From Octopus sinensis (Eukaryota), in contig NC_042999.1 of the NCBI RefSeq assembly GCF_006345805.1, positions 125,922,001 through 125,986,000 of the forward strand: DNA of 64,000 nt. The letters are read 5' to 3'. The translations under genes were made by a program, and so were the position numbers. Of this stretch, positions 1 through 11,680 are shown one piece after another. The notes below the pieces were generated by a model. It did no database searches, was not told where the DNA came from, and saw nothing but the letters and a program-made list of their open reading frames with translations. How positions within the stretch are numbered: the first letter of the stretch is position 1; each line of letters opens with the position of its first letter.

Positions 1-363
1 TTTCCCCTCTCTCCACCGTCTCTCATTCTCTCTCTCTCTCTTTTACATCTATGTACGAAAATATGAACTACATTCATTTTCAGCAACTCTCTCTCTCTCA
101 CACACACATACACACACACGCACACACATACGTCTGCACGCGCACACACGCGCACACATGCACACATACATATATGCATGCATAAATACATACATACAAA
201 TATACATACACACAAGTACATATACACAAATATCCTCTAGAGCAGTGGCTCTTCATATCGACCCACAGGGTCTATATAAGATTTTTTAGGTTCATGCAAG
301 GAAAATAGTAAACAGGGGATCCACTGTAGTATTTTAAGGGTCCACAAAAAGAAGTTTGCTATA

Positions 364-1168
364 CAGTGTTCCCTCGTTTGTCGCGGTAGATTGGTTCCGA
401 GACCGGCCGCGATAACTGAATTTCCGCAAAGTAGAGACACCATATTTGCAGTATTTATTTAACGTATATTTGGACTTTTAAAACACTCCCTGTACTGTCA
501 ACAACCCACCCATTACAGTAGCCTATTAATAACAAGGACAACTGTTAAGCAATAGCACTTTAGATTTAAAAAAATAAAAATTCTTACTGTACTCAACACG
601 AAAGAAGTAAAATTTGAATGATGATGGTGATGAATTTGCTGCGCAGTAGAAATGATGATGATGACACTGAGAACGGTGCCCTTTCCTGGGACACCTCTTC
701 CACTTCTTCTGAAGGTGCAACCGTAGTAGTAACAGCAGGAACTGGCTCTTTTTTTGCGAGGCTGCAAAAACATTGTGATAGGAAGTTGCTGCCGCTGCTT
801 CTTTTTCCGTTCAAAGAGCATCTTGTAGGGATTCATGACTTCGTCGATCTTGTTGCAAAATTGCACAGAACGAACCATATCGTCGTCCCATTCCTGTGAC
901 CCCTCTTTCAATTCTTTAGACAGGTTGCAGAGCTTGGCCAGCTGTTCCAAAATCAAGCCAGTTTGGTCGACAACTTCTTTCGTTCCTTGCTGCGTTTCTT
1001 CTTCGCTGGCCGATTTCGTCAAGTCTTCGAGGTCTGCGTCGGTTAGCAGCTGGGAGTGGCAGTCTAGTAACGCGTCGATGTCTCTAGGTGTTCTTATATA
1101 TATATTTTTTAAATCCGCGAAGTCGTGAATCCGCGATAGTTGAACCGCGAAGTAGCGAGGGATCACTG
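364..1168 (-). mobile_element. Tigger/pogo-type (Tc1/mariner) DNA transposon, internally deleted non-autonomous copy retaining the transposase C-terminus
   Basis: TIRs are CAGTGTTCCCTCGTTTGTCGCGG at 364 and the reverse complement of CCGCGAAGTAGCGAGGGATCACTG ending at 1168. TA flanks both ends (362-363, 1169-1170). ORF 513..1166(-) contains DIDALLDCHSQLLTDADLEDL...YKMLFERKKKQRQQLPITMFL, resembling Tigger transposase C-termini. Confidence 0.8.
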
Positions 1169-1731
1169 TAAATCTATTTATTGCAAGAATCAGCTAGGTT
1201 TCTTCCTCTAAGGTTTTATGTAGCTTAATATGTTTCCAGCAGCTGAAATATGTTCTGTCAGAAAGTACTTTTGCAAATCGATACAATATATATATTATAT
1301 ACATACATATATACAAGCATATGCATATACATACATATATACATAAATGCATGCATATATATGTGAGTGTATATATATAAGTAAATAAATGGAGTTGAAC
1401 GCAGATGCTATTCAAATTCTTTTACTTTCGACATATGTTTCAAAGACAACATTGGTTTTATTCCAAAGGAATAAACGGTGTAAAATGCAATCTTCTCATC
1501 AGGAAAGAAAGAGAACAAATCTCAACAACAAGACATTTTATCATTTATGCAGTCATCAAAATTGTTATAATGTCTTGTTGTTGAGATAGGTTCTCTTTCT
1601 TTCCTTATGAGAAGATTGCATTTTACACCGGTTATTCCTTTGGAATAAAACCAATGTTGTCTTCGAAACAGATGTCGAAAGTAAAAGAATTTGAATAGCA
1701 TCTGCGTTCAACTCCATTTATTATTTTTTTT

Positions 1732-2648
1732 GATTGATTGATTGATTCTAGTTTCAGCTTATGAGCTGTGGCCATGCTGGGGCACCGCCATTTGGTGTTG
1801 CTACTTGGTTTCACTTCACGAAAGCTTTCTAGCAACTGCCATTTGGTGCATGAGAGAGTTCGATGCAGCTGCCCTCATCTGCCCCTCCTGCCGTGAAGTT
1901 GGTTCATCTGGGACACCTGACAGGAAGAGATCCAGCTTCATTTTAAAGACATCTGCATCCACCCCATGCAGGTCTCTCAGGTTCTTCGGGAGGATATTGA
2001 AGAGCTGTGGGCCTCGGAAGCCCAGGCTATCACAGAATCTTGTCCTACATCTTGATGGCAAGTTTGGAGTCCTAGGCACCACGAAGTGGCGCCCAGTTCT
2101 GGCATTTGCGTAACTCTCGATGCCAAAGTTCAGGACACTTCCCTCCAGGATCTTCCAGATGTATATTATGGCATATCTTTCCCGCCTACGCTCCAGGGAA
2201 TATAGTTTTAATCTCTTGAGTCTTTCCCAGTAGCTTACATTCTGCATAGAGGCTATCTTCTTCGTGTAGCTACGTTGGATCGCCTCGAGCTCTGTGATCA
2301 ACTTGACACTGGATGGTGACCATAACTGAGAGCAGTAGTCAAAGTGGCTTAGGACAAGTGTCCTCCAGAGGACCATCATGGTTTCTTGTTCTCTTGTTCT
2401 AAAGGTTCTGAGGATCCATCCGGCCAGTCGTCTACATCCGGCCAGTTGCCAATTTAGCAACATGTACACGAAAGGTCGCGTCATCACTCATGTAAATACC
2501 TAGGTCACGCACTGATTGTGCCTCTGGGATTGCTATTCCTCCGGGTCCAGTGTATTCATTGGGTATTGCATTTAGTTTTGCATGCTGATAGTATAGAGCT
2601 TGAAACTTTTCAGCATTGAACTGCATGCTATTCTTTTCGGCCCACTTA
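1732..2648 (-). mobile_element. CR1-clade LINE, 5'-truncated 3' fragment (RT C-terminus, 3' UTR, (AATC)n tail)
   Basis: ORFs 2432..2626 and 1816..2487 give MQFNAEKF...VRDLG and LVLSHFDYCSQLWSP...LEAIQRSYTK...YWERLKRLKLYSLERRRER, typical CR1 post-RT motifs. The element ends in a hairpin plus (GATT)4 on the + strand at 1732-1747. Confidence 0.85.
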
Positions 2649-2838
2649 TTTATTTACTTATACTACACAAATTACTGCACATTAACCCGGAGTTTCTACC
2701 TTTGAATAGGTCGCTGCATCCTTATTACTTGCGTGAATTTTGCTACCCTGGTAACTGTTTATTGAATTTTCCACGTTAACGGTAAACAAAGATAATTCAT
2801 TCATCCATTTATATATATATATATATATTATATATATA

Positions 2839-2941
<103 letters not shown>

Positions 2942-3507
2942 TTAGATAAATATATTCATAAAATATATATACTGAATTTATATTGAGTGCTCCATTGTTT
3001 AAAATATTAATATTATTATAGTATTTATATATTTAATACGAGCGATATATACATATATTTTTAAATAATATATTTTTATTATCAATATAAGGAAATTAAT
3101 ATCAAACTTCATCATAAAGATATACCCGTGTGAAAGAACTTATTGTATTAAAAATATGTATAAATAAATAAATATATAAATATAAATATAATATATAAAA
3201 TAAATTTGATAGTTTAACAGTTTTGAATTAATTATTTAAGCATCTTACGATCGTTTATCAATATATATATATATTGATAAAAACGGTAAGATAACAGGGA
3301 TGTGTACGTTTTCTAATGTGAGGGTGGATGAATGTATGCGGGCGCACATGTGTAGGTATGAACAGGCGCGATTACGCGAATACCATGAACTTTTTACCCT
3401 TTACCTTACTTAGCGGTTATTAGAATAGCTCTTTTGTCTTAATAGCGGTCAATAACACAGTAATTTCCCTTTGTATAACGGTCATTTCTAATAGCGTTTT
3501 TCCGATT

Positions 3508-3577
3508 GCCGGATAACTGAAGAGATGGTGGCTTGGAATTTCCACCTCGGCATCCGAAATTCGAGTTTTATCTTGGC
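3508..3577 (+). ncRNA. Type I hammerhead-ribozyme-like motif (family D), slightly degenerate
   Basis: GCCGGATAA-CTGAAGA-GATG GTGG..CCAC..CATC-C-GAAA-TTCGAG-TT-TTATCTTGGC. Stem I pairs, the core is CUGAAGA/GAAA, and stem III is near-palindromic (ATTCGAGT). Confidence 0.55.
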
Positions 3578-3607
3578 TACCGAATAATTGTCACATATTA
3601 CATTTTC

Positions 3608-3660
<53 letters not shown>

Positions 3661-3662
<2 letters not shown>

Positions 3663-3911
3663 ATCGCGGTTTCGATTCCCAGACCGGGCGTTGTGAGTGT
3701 TTATTGAGCGAGAACACCTAAAAGCTCCACGAGGCTCCGGCAGGGGGTGGTGATCCCTGCTTGTACTCTTTCACCACTCTTTCTCCCACTCTTTCTTCTG
3801 TTGGCCTGCTCGCTTAGCCAGCGGGGTGGCGTCATCGAAGGCTAAAACAATGCGAACGCATTGTGACCAGCGATGTGTAACAACATCTGATGGTCTGGTC
3901 GGTCACGTGAT

Positions 3912-3918
<7 letters not shown>
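3661..3918 (+). mobile_element. tRNA-derived SINE (family C), 5'-truncated, between (TA)n tracts
   Basis: B-box-like GGTTTCGATTCC at the start. The same head segment occurs in the 58368-58613 SINE. Ends in CACGTGATCACGTGA followed by (TA)n. Confidence 0.6.
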
Positions 3919-3991
<73 letters not shown>

Positions 3992-3993
<2 letters not shown>

Positions 3994-4182
3994 TTGATCC
4001 AAACAAGAAAGCACAAAAAAAAAACACAACAAATAAAGTATTATTGGACGCTCAGGAAAGAAGGGAAGAAGGAGGGTTTAACGTTTCGAGCGGAGCTCTT
4101 CGTCGGAAACATAGGAGAAGGAAAGATCCCGAGAAGGGAAGACAGAGGAAAAAAATCGCCAGCGGTACTCACGAGGTCACAT
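3992..4182 (-). mobile_element. Penelope-like pseudo-LTR / short hammerhead-bearing repeat, family A copy 1
   Basis: Reverse complement of the 4251-4453 copy. Contains GTTT-CCGACGA-A-GAGC TCC GCTC-GAAAC-GTT-AAAC at 4076-4110(-). Confidence 0.65.
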
Positions 4183-4250
4183 ATTGATATATATTATATA
4201 TATATATATATTATATAATATATATATATATACATATACAGAAGCATATG

Positions 4251-4453
4251 TATGTGACCGCGTTGGCAATTTTTTCCATCCGTCTTCCCTTCCTTGGATC
4301 TTTCCTTTTCCTATGTTTCTGACGAAGAGCTCCGATCGAAACGTTAAATCCTCCTTCTTTCTTTCCTTTCCTGAGCGTCCAATAACACTATACTTGTTCC
4401 ACGTCCTCACGTTGTTGTGTTTTCTGTTTGTGTTTTCATGTTTGGATTAACTG
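4251..4453 (+). mobile_element. Penelope-like pseudo-LTR / short hammerhead-bearing repeat, family A copy 2
   Basis: Contains GTTT-CTGACGA-A-GAGC TCC GATC-GAAAC-GTT-AAAT at 4315-4349. Confidence 0.65.
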
Positions 4454-4706
4454 TATATATATATATATATATATCACTGCCACATACACGTATAAACAGT
4501 TAATACCACACACACACACACATGCACACTCACGCGCTCGCACATACCCACACATACACACAGATACCTCCTCTTACACTCTCCTTCTTAGAAAGACCGT
4601 TTCCTTCATCCATTCCCTTCCAGTCATTTCAAAATGTAACTACATGTGGATTGTTGGCAATTTTTTCCTCTGTCTTCCTTTTCTCTTGCACCTTTCTCTG
4701 TCTCCT

Positions 4707-4741
4707 GTTTCTGAAGAAGAGCTTTGCTCGAAACGTTAAAC
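4707..4741 (+). ncRNA. Minimal type I hammerhead ribozyme motif (family A copy 3, intact core) within a repeat of about 4530-4835
   Basis: GTTT-CTGAAGA-A-GAGC TTT GCTC-GAAAC-GTT-AAAC. Stem I is GTTT/AAAC, stem II is GAGC/GCTC, and stem III is a loopless palindromic ACGT. Predicted cleavage is after 4737. Confidence 0.7.
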
Positions 4742-4851
4742 AACCTTTCTCTCCTTCCCTGAGCGTCTTTTAATACTTTGCATGTACCGCGTCCTCACCT
4801 TGTTGATTTTTTTCTTCTTGTGTTCTTTTCTTCGTTTTTTAAATATTAATT

Positions 4852-4927
<76 letters not shown>

Positions 4928-5715
4928 TAATATATATATACATACACATATATACATTATGCATTTATTTATGTGTGCGTGTGTGTATACACAGTCACAC
5001 AGAAACACACGTGTATGTGTGTTTAAACACACACACGTACACACAAGATCACACATGAGTAGATACATAAACGTAAACTTTCACTCAAATACAGACGATT
5101 ACACATAATCAACAACATCAACAACACTAGCTCAGCGAAATCCACACCACACAAGTGTATACACTACTGAATATCTACATACATACACTCACACACATAT
5201 ACACAAACGCGGACACACGCATACACATATACACACGCAAAGGCACACATACACACATACACACGCACACACATCTATACATATTTAAAAAAATCTCTCA
5301 CACACATTTGTTTCAAATAACGAACATGAATACACACTCAAATTTTATACCTCACATATTCTTGTACAAATAAAGAAGAACAAAAAACCCAAACAGAACG
5401 ATAAAAGGTGATGGCCTGTTGTAGTTGTGGTAGGGGGAGAGAGAGTGAAGAATTGAGAGGGGGATATTGGGAGGTAGGTTTCAGTGAAAAATACTAATCA
5501 TTTGGCAATTTTGGTTCGGTACACGAGTTCAGTCGGAATAGGTTAAACTGCAGGACATTATTTACAACCAGGTATGGTATACATATAATACTGCCACTTG
5601 CCTTGTGAACAGAAATGTATTCTGGCAGCCTAACAAAGCCAGACAGACAGATTGTTACTTGAGACGTTTTTGTTTTCTCTGCTAAATAAAGACCTTCCTC
5701 TCGTTTTGCCTTTGT

Positions 5716-5723
5716 AGTAGAGA

Positions 5724-5776
<53 letters not shown>

Positions 5777-5931
5777 GGGGCGAGAGGGGAGAGAGAAGAA
5801 AAAAGGCTTTTCATCTAATTATTCGACTAGCTCTGATATTTCTGTTTACCTCTGAACTAATGATATATGTATGACTGTACGTATACATACATACATACAT
5901 ACATACATACATACATACATGCATACATACA

Positions 5932-5966
<35 letters not shown>

Positions 5967-6123
5967 GGTTTGTATGTGTGTATATATATACATTAAACAC
6001 ACAGACGTACACACACATACACAATTTCTCACATACACACCCATACACAATCATATATCTACATATACGCATATATACGCGTGTGTGTGTATGTGTGTAT
6101 ATATGCATATTCGAGCGCGTGTA

Positions 6124-6197
<74 letters not shown>

Positions 6198-6198
6198 C

Positions 6199-6245
<47 letters not shown>

Positions 6246-6254
6246 CCTATCTAC

Positions 6255-6331
<77 letters not shown>

Positions 6332-6368
6332 AGCATAAATATGTGTGTATGTGCGTGCGTGTGTATGT

Positions 6369-6409
<41 letters not shown>

Positions 6410-6460
6410 TGTGTTTGTGTGTGTGTGTGTGCTTGTGTTTGTGTGTGTGTGTATGTATGT
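5716..6460. repeat. Compound microsatellite block (GA)n, (ACAT)n, (TATC)n, (GT)n
   Basis: Directly visible simple repeats that produce the SIYL/IYLS/HTYI ORFs in the track. Confidence 0.95.
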
Positions 6461-6468
6461 GCATGAGA

Positions 6469-6891
6469 GGGATCTTTTCGGTTTGAACAGCAGTTTTTAA
6501 CATAATTTCTAGGTAACTAAAAAATTTTAAACTTTGTATACTGGTAGAATGTGTTTATAAAACATATTTTTCTCTTGGCTTTATTGTGAAAATTCTATAG
6601 TTTGTAAGATATTTAGTTTTTTTTCCTCAATTTCTGCAATTTCAACCAATCAATTACGTCTATTGAGGTAAAAAACATTCCGTGCCGTATGAATATGTCC
6701 CTCGTTTAAGAAACAGATTGAGTTTATTTACATTTGTGAAGAAAAAAAGATACCCTTCCCCCCACCCCTAACCCTAACCCTAACCCTAAAACAGATAGAA
6801 ATGCAATAGATCGATACTAGGGTCATAATTATGGGTGACAATTTCATATGACACCGCTAGAAAAAACTGCCGTTCAAACCGAAAAGATCCC
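6469..6891. mobile_element. MITE-like element with about 29-bp TIRs and an internal (CCCTAA)4
   Basis: Left TIR GGGATCTTTTCGGTTTGAACAGCAGTTTT and right TIR AAAACTGCCGTTCAAACCGAAAAGATCCC differ by one mismatch. Flanks ATGAGA/ATGCGA may be a decayed TSD. Confidence 0.7.
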
Positions 6892-7384
6892 ATGCGAACA
6901 TAGGCGTGTGTACATACAAGTGAATAAACAAACTGGGGAGAAAAGTACTCATCACATGAAATAGAGCTGGTTCTGTTATTAGAAGCTGATGTTTTCGCTG
7001 GATCATTACTTTGAGTTTCGTATTTCTATCACCTTTGACTGGCAGAAACATAGATCTTAAATAGATAACGCATAAAGTTCACGAGAGATGTACAGGGAGT
7101 GAATAAGTGCTGGCCGTTTTTCCAGATCTTTATTGAATACTTGACTTCTCAATCCAAAATGTTCTCGCATTTCGAAATTATTATATATGAGAATACGTTT
7201 CTAAGAATAATAAGCTAAACAATATCAGTTTTATTACACCATACACTGTTCACTGTTTTTTTTTATAACTACCTAATGTATCATCAGTGCGCCTATATTT
7301 TGGTACGCCTGAGATGATAGCTGTAGTGGTACTGTGTCTGTAAGCAGGTTGCAGTTAGTTTGGCGAAAATTTTGGCACCAAATA

Positions 7385-7565
7385 ATCCTTTCTGTTATAG
7401 GCACAAGGCCTGAAATTTTTTTTGGGGAGGGGCTGCTCGATGACATCTGACTCAGTGCTTGACTGGTACTTAATTTATCGACCTCAGCGGAATGTGTACT
7501 CAGAACGTAAACACGGGCAAAATGCCGCTAAACATTTTGACCGATGTGCTAACGATTCTAACTGC
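7385..7565 (-). mobile_element. SINE family B, degenerate
   Basis: Reverse complement of the recurrent GGCAGAATCGTTAGCAC...GAGTTCAAATTCC...GTCGATAAATTAAGTACC unit. Confidence 0.65.
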
Positions 7566-7769
7566 TTCATTTTTTGGCACCAAATAATAAACATTTATTA
7601 TTTGGTATACTTAACTGGTATACATGGGAAATTCGACTTATTGATATCAAATTTCGCAAGATCCTGATGTCAACTGGAAGCTTCCACAGGAAGGAGGGTA
7701 ACTTTCTAGGTGCAATTCCATGGTCATTCATGACCGAAGGAGAGTCTCCTCATCTATAGATGTATATAA

Positions 7770-7935
7770 GCGTGTTTGCGTGGTAAAAAACTTGTTTCCC
7801 AACCACTTGGTTTAGGGTCCAGTCCCACTGCGTAGCACCTTGGGCAAGTGGCTTCTACTATATCCTCGGGCGGACCAAAGCCTTGTGAGTAGGTTTGGTA
7901 GACGGAAACTGAAAGAAGCCCGTCTTATATGTATG

Positions 7936-7977
<42 letters not shown>

Positions 7978-8130
7978 TGTGTGTGTGTCTGCGTGTCTGT
8001 GTTTGTCCCCACCATCACTTGACAACCGATGTTGTTGTGTTTACGTTCTCGAATTTAGCGGTTCGGCTAAATGGATCGATAAAATAAGTACCAGGCTTAC
8101 AAAGAATAAGTACTGGCATCGATTTGAAAC
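7770..8130 (+). mobile_element. tRNA-derived SINE family A (CORE-like CCTTGGGCAAGT segment, central microsatellite)
   Basis: The head ...CAGTCCCACTGCG..CACCTTGGGCAAGTG and body GACGGAAACTGAAAGAAGCCCGTC recur many times in the window. Confidence 0.75.
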
Positions 8131-8147
8131 AATTAAACGAATAAAAA

Positions 8148-8250
<103 letters not shown>

Positions 8251-8749
8251 CGCGTGACTGTGCGCGCACACGTTTGTGAGTTCAAGTAGAAAAAAAAAAA
8301 GGAAAATATAGAGCTAAAGAACCAATTCCTGAAAGGTGACGAAACAACGTCATACGAATCGTAAGTAACTGTCCTTCTAATTTTTGTTTTTTGTTGTGGG
8401 CGTGCGCAGAAATTTTCTTGTGTGCAGATTTTGTCTTCCTTTGCGAAAGCTTGTGCTCATCTATACTAGTAACTATTTTTCAAATTATTTCAATAAAAAA
8501 TAAAGTAAAAAAAAAAGAAGAAAAAATCAATTTTATCTTGAAAATTTTGTGTGCGTACAATTTTCCTCATCTCTAGGTGCAAAACATGTGTGCGCACGCA
8601 AAAGCGTACACCTTAGAGAGAAATATCGACGGGCAGCGAATTCCCCAAGAAGCTCTCAGCTATTGAAGATGTCCCATGCAATTTGGCAACTGGCGGACAG
8701 GTTTACATTAACAGGAACACTCTACAAACCAGCAAAGCGTTATGTATAA

Positions 8750-10315
8750 TGTATAATTCGTCGTCATCCGTTCCATATTCATTGTCGGCGTCGAAATCGT
8801 TGGTGTTGTAGTATTCTTCGTAATTATATTGTATGTATATCGTCATCAATGTCGTTGTCTTCGCCGACTTTTGCCGGCTTCTTCAACGTGACTCATAAGC
8901 TGTAGCCCTAGACCATGACTCATAGTTCTGTGAGTCACAGTATGGAGCCCCAGACTATGATTCGCAGTCTAGGACGACAACGTATGCGATACAGTCTTGG
9001 GTCCCAGTATATGGATCTTTGTCGAGGGCTACAAACTAAAAAGTACAGCCTTGGGTCCTAGCCTGTGAATCGCGGTTTAAGGTTCAAGTTTATGAATAAC
9101 TGTATAGGTTTACAGCTTATGAGTCATACTCTGGAGCATCACTCCATGAGTCACAGTCGTCTTTATCGCCGTCATCGTCGTTATGGTTGTCGTTTTCGTC
9201 ATCGTCGGCATAGTATTAGACGTCGTCGTTCTCGTTGCCGTTGTGGAATATGTCGGCGTCTTTTTCCTTATAGTTGTATCAGTCATCATTGTCGTATTCT
9301 TCGTAGCTGTCATCGTATTCATCATCATCGTTGTATTCGTCGGCGGAGTCGTTTTTGTCGCCCTCAACTTTTTCGACGCCTTCTTCGTGGACTCATAGGT
9401 CGTGATATTAGACCATGAATCATAGGCCTATGAGTCTCAGCCTAGAGTCCCATCCTATGATTCTCAGTTGAGGGAACAGCGTATGATGGTCTACGTAACT
9501 AGCCTGTGTATCAAAGTCTTGGGCACCAAATCATAAGTTACATTCTCGGGCCTCTGCCTATAAGTAACAGTCTAAGTTCCCAGGCTATGAGTCACAGTTT
9601 AAGGCCAAGGCCCACAAATCACAGTCTAGGGCTCCAAATTATGAATCGTAGACTATGAGTCACAGGTACCCAGCCTATAAATGACAGTTCCTTGTAATCT
9701 CTGTTTCCATTGTTATTATCATTGTCGAATTCGTTGCTGCCGTATTCTCGTCATCGTATTAGTCACTTTTGGAGTCATCTTCGGAGTCATTTTCGGAGTC
9801 GTCTTCCTCATCATTGATGTATTCGACGTCACAGACCAGATCCTCAGTCTATAAGTCATGGTCTAACTTTCCAGCACTTGATTCACTGTTTAGGATCGCA
9901 GTCTGGGGCCCCCAACGTATAAGTAAACGTCTAGCACTACAATCAAGGATCCCAGTCAATAAATCAGTTTTAGGCAGTTGTTTATAAATCACAGTCTTGT
10001 CGTTTAGTGTTCGACCGGCCAAGTGTCAATTTTAGCTACCCAGTCTATGAATCACAGTTTAAGTCTCTATCTATGAGCCACAGGCTAGGGCTTTTCCAGC
10101 TTCTCCATGGTGTAGAGAACCAGGTTCTGAAGCATGCATAAGACCCACAGCCTATAAGTCACAGTCTATTCGATGTATTACAGCCTCAGCCTATGAGTCA
10201 TAAGCTAGAACTTTAGCCTGTGAGTCGTGGTCGTCTATTCATTGTTGTGGATGTTGTATTCGTGGTTGACATCGCTTTTGAAGTTATCATCACTGTATTT
10301 GATGATGTATTTCCC
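8750..10315. repeat. Decayed compound repeat: blocks of a 27-bp unit alternating with decayed GTC/ATC triplet blocks
   Basis: Consensus is about CCCCAGCCTATGAGTCACAGTCTAGGG, with eight consecutive 27-bp units readable at about 8945-9160. Stops occur in the tested frames. Confidence 0.7.
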
Positions 10316-11603
10316 TAAGAAATACATAATATTTTAATGGGTTAGTTACCAGGTGGTAGTGCTCATGATTTTGCGGACCCTCCGAAACTTGCGATACTGA
10401 TGCAGTTGACGTTTAACACGAATATCTATAAATTAATGTCAAGTGGTTATAGTAGGCAAGTTCGATACTTTTGTAGAGAGGAAATATTGAGCTGAGTGAT
10501 TAATACAGAGGCTAGTTGCGAAAAGAGAAACAAGGGTTTACCGTATGGTTAGAAGTAGTACGTAACTAGCTAGTTCAGAGAAGGAGAAGCCGTTGCAGGA
10601 GTTGCTAGAAAGCGTAGGGAGAGGAGAGTTAGCGTGTCTAAGCTAGTAGGGCAAGTAGGAAAACCTTTTTTATAATGACAAAAATATTTACGTCCAGTAG
10701 TTATGCTCGGACAGTTTTATTGGTATGTTTAAAATTTCACGCTCACTAATCCTAGACGTAGCGGTTAGGTCAGTTAGTTTTATATAAAATCAATATAAAA
10801 CCACACCGAAGCATACTAAATGACCTCAAAGGCCTGCTGCACCATACTAAATCATATTAAATCATTTTAAACAAAACCAAGTGTCAAGTCTTCACAGACA
10901 ATGAAGAAAAAAAGGAGAAAGTGAGATAGTGAAAGAATCAGAGAGAAAAGAGGATGGAAATAAGAAAGGAAGGAAGTGGTGGGTAAAAGAAAAGGGAAAC
11001 AAAATGAAGAGACAGAGGGAAAGAGAGTCGGAAGTTGCTGAAAGAAAGAGAAAGGATAGAAAGGAATGTCATATGATAGAGTAAAGAGCGGCTGGAATAA
11101 CGCGAGAGAGAAGTAGATAGATAGAGAGAAAGAGCGAGAGAGAGAGAGGGGGGAGAATAGAAAGTTAGAAATTGAGTGAAAGGGAAAGGAAGGAAAGAAA
11201 GATGGTGGAGAATTGTGGGGATAGAGAAAGATGGAAACGAAAAGAGAAAAGGAGACAGACGAATTCCACAAGTTGATAAACAGAGACAGATGTTTTTTTT
11301 ATATGTTGTTGTCCAAGAGGTCAAAACCAGTCAAGCGTGTGAAGTTATTATAGAAGCTTAACAACTTGTGACCTCATAAAGAGGCAGTGTAAGGGACGTG
11401 GCAACCTTTGTGGACCACACTAACTTTGAAGGAGTGGGGGAAACTATGGGCGCAAAGTGGTTTCCAGTTTCTATCCCAATATCCATCTTCTATCATCCGG
11501 TTTCTATCCCATGTGTCTTCTACCCTCTCCCGTGGTCAAGTCAACAAATACTTTGTTAGTGAACTTGGATAGACAGAAACTGCATTATATGTGTGTGCGT
11601 GTG

Positions 11604-11634
<31 letters not shown>

Positions 11635-11680
11635 ACGCGCGCGTATTTCTGAGTGTTTGTGTGTGTATATCTATCTTTTA

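Noticed and set aside
9160-9395. Asp/Glu-rich minus-strand frame as an acidic shell-matrix-type protein
   Set aside because: It has in-frame stops and no start or splice support, and decayed GAC/GAT triplets explain it.
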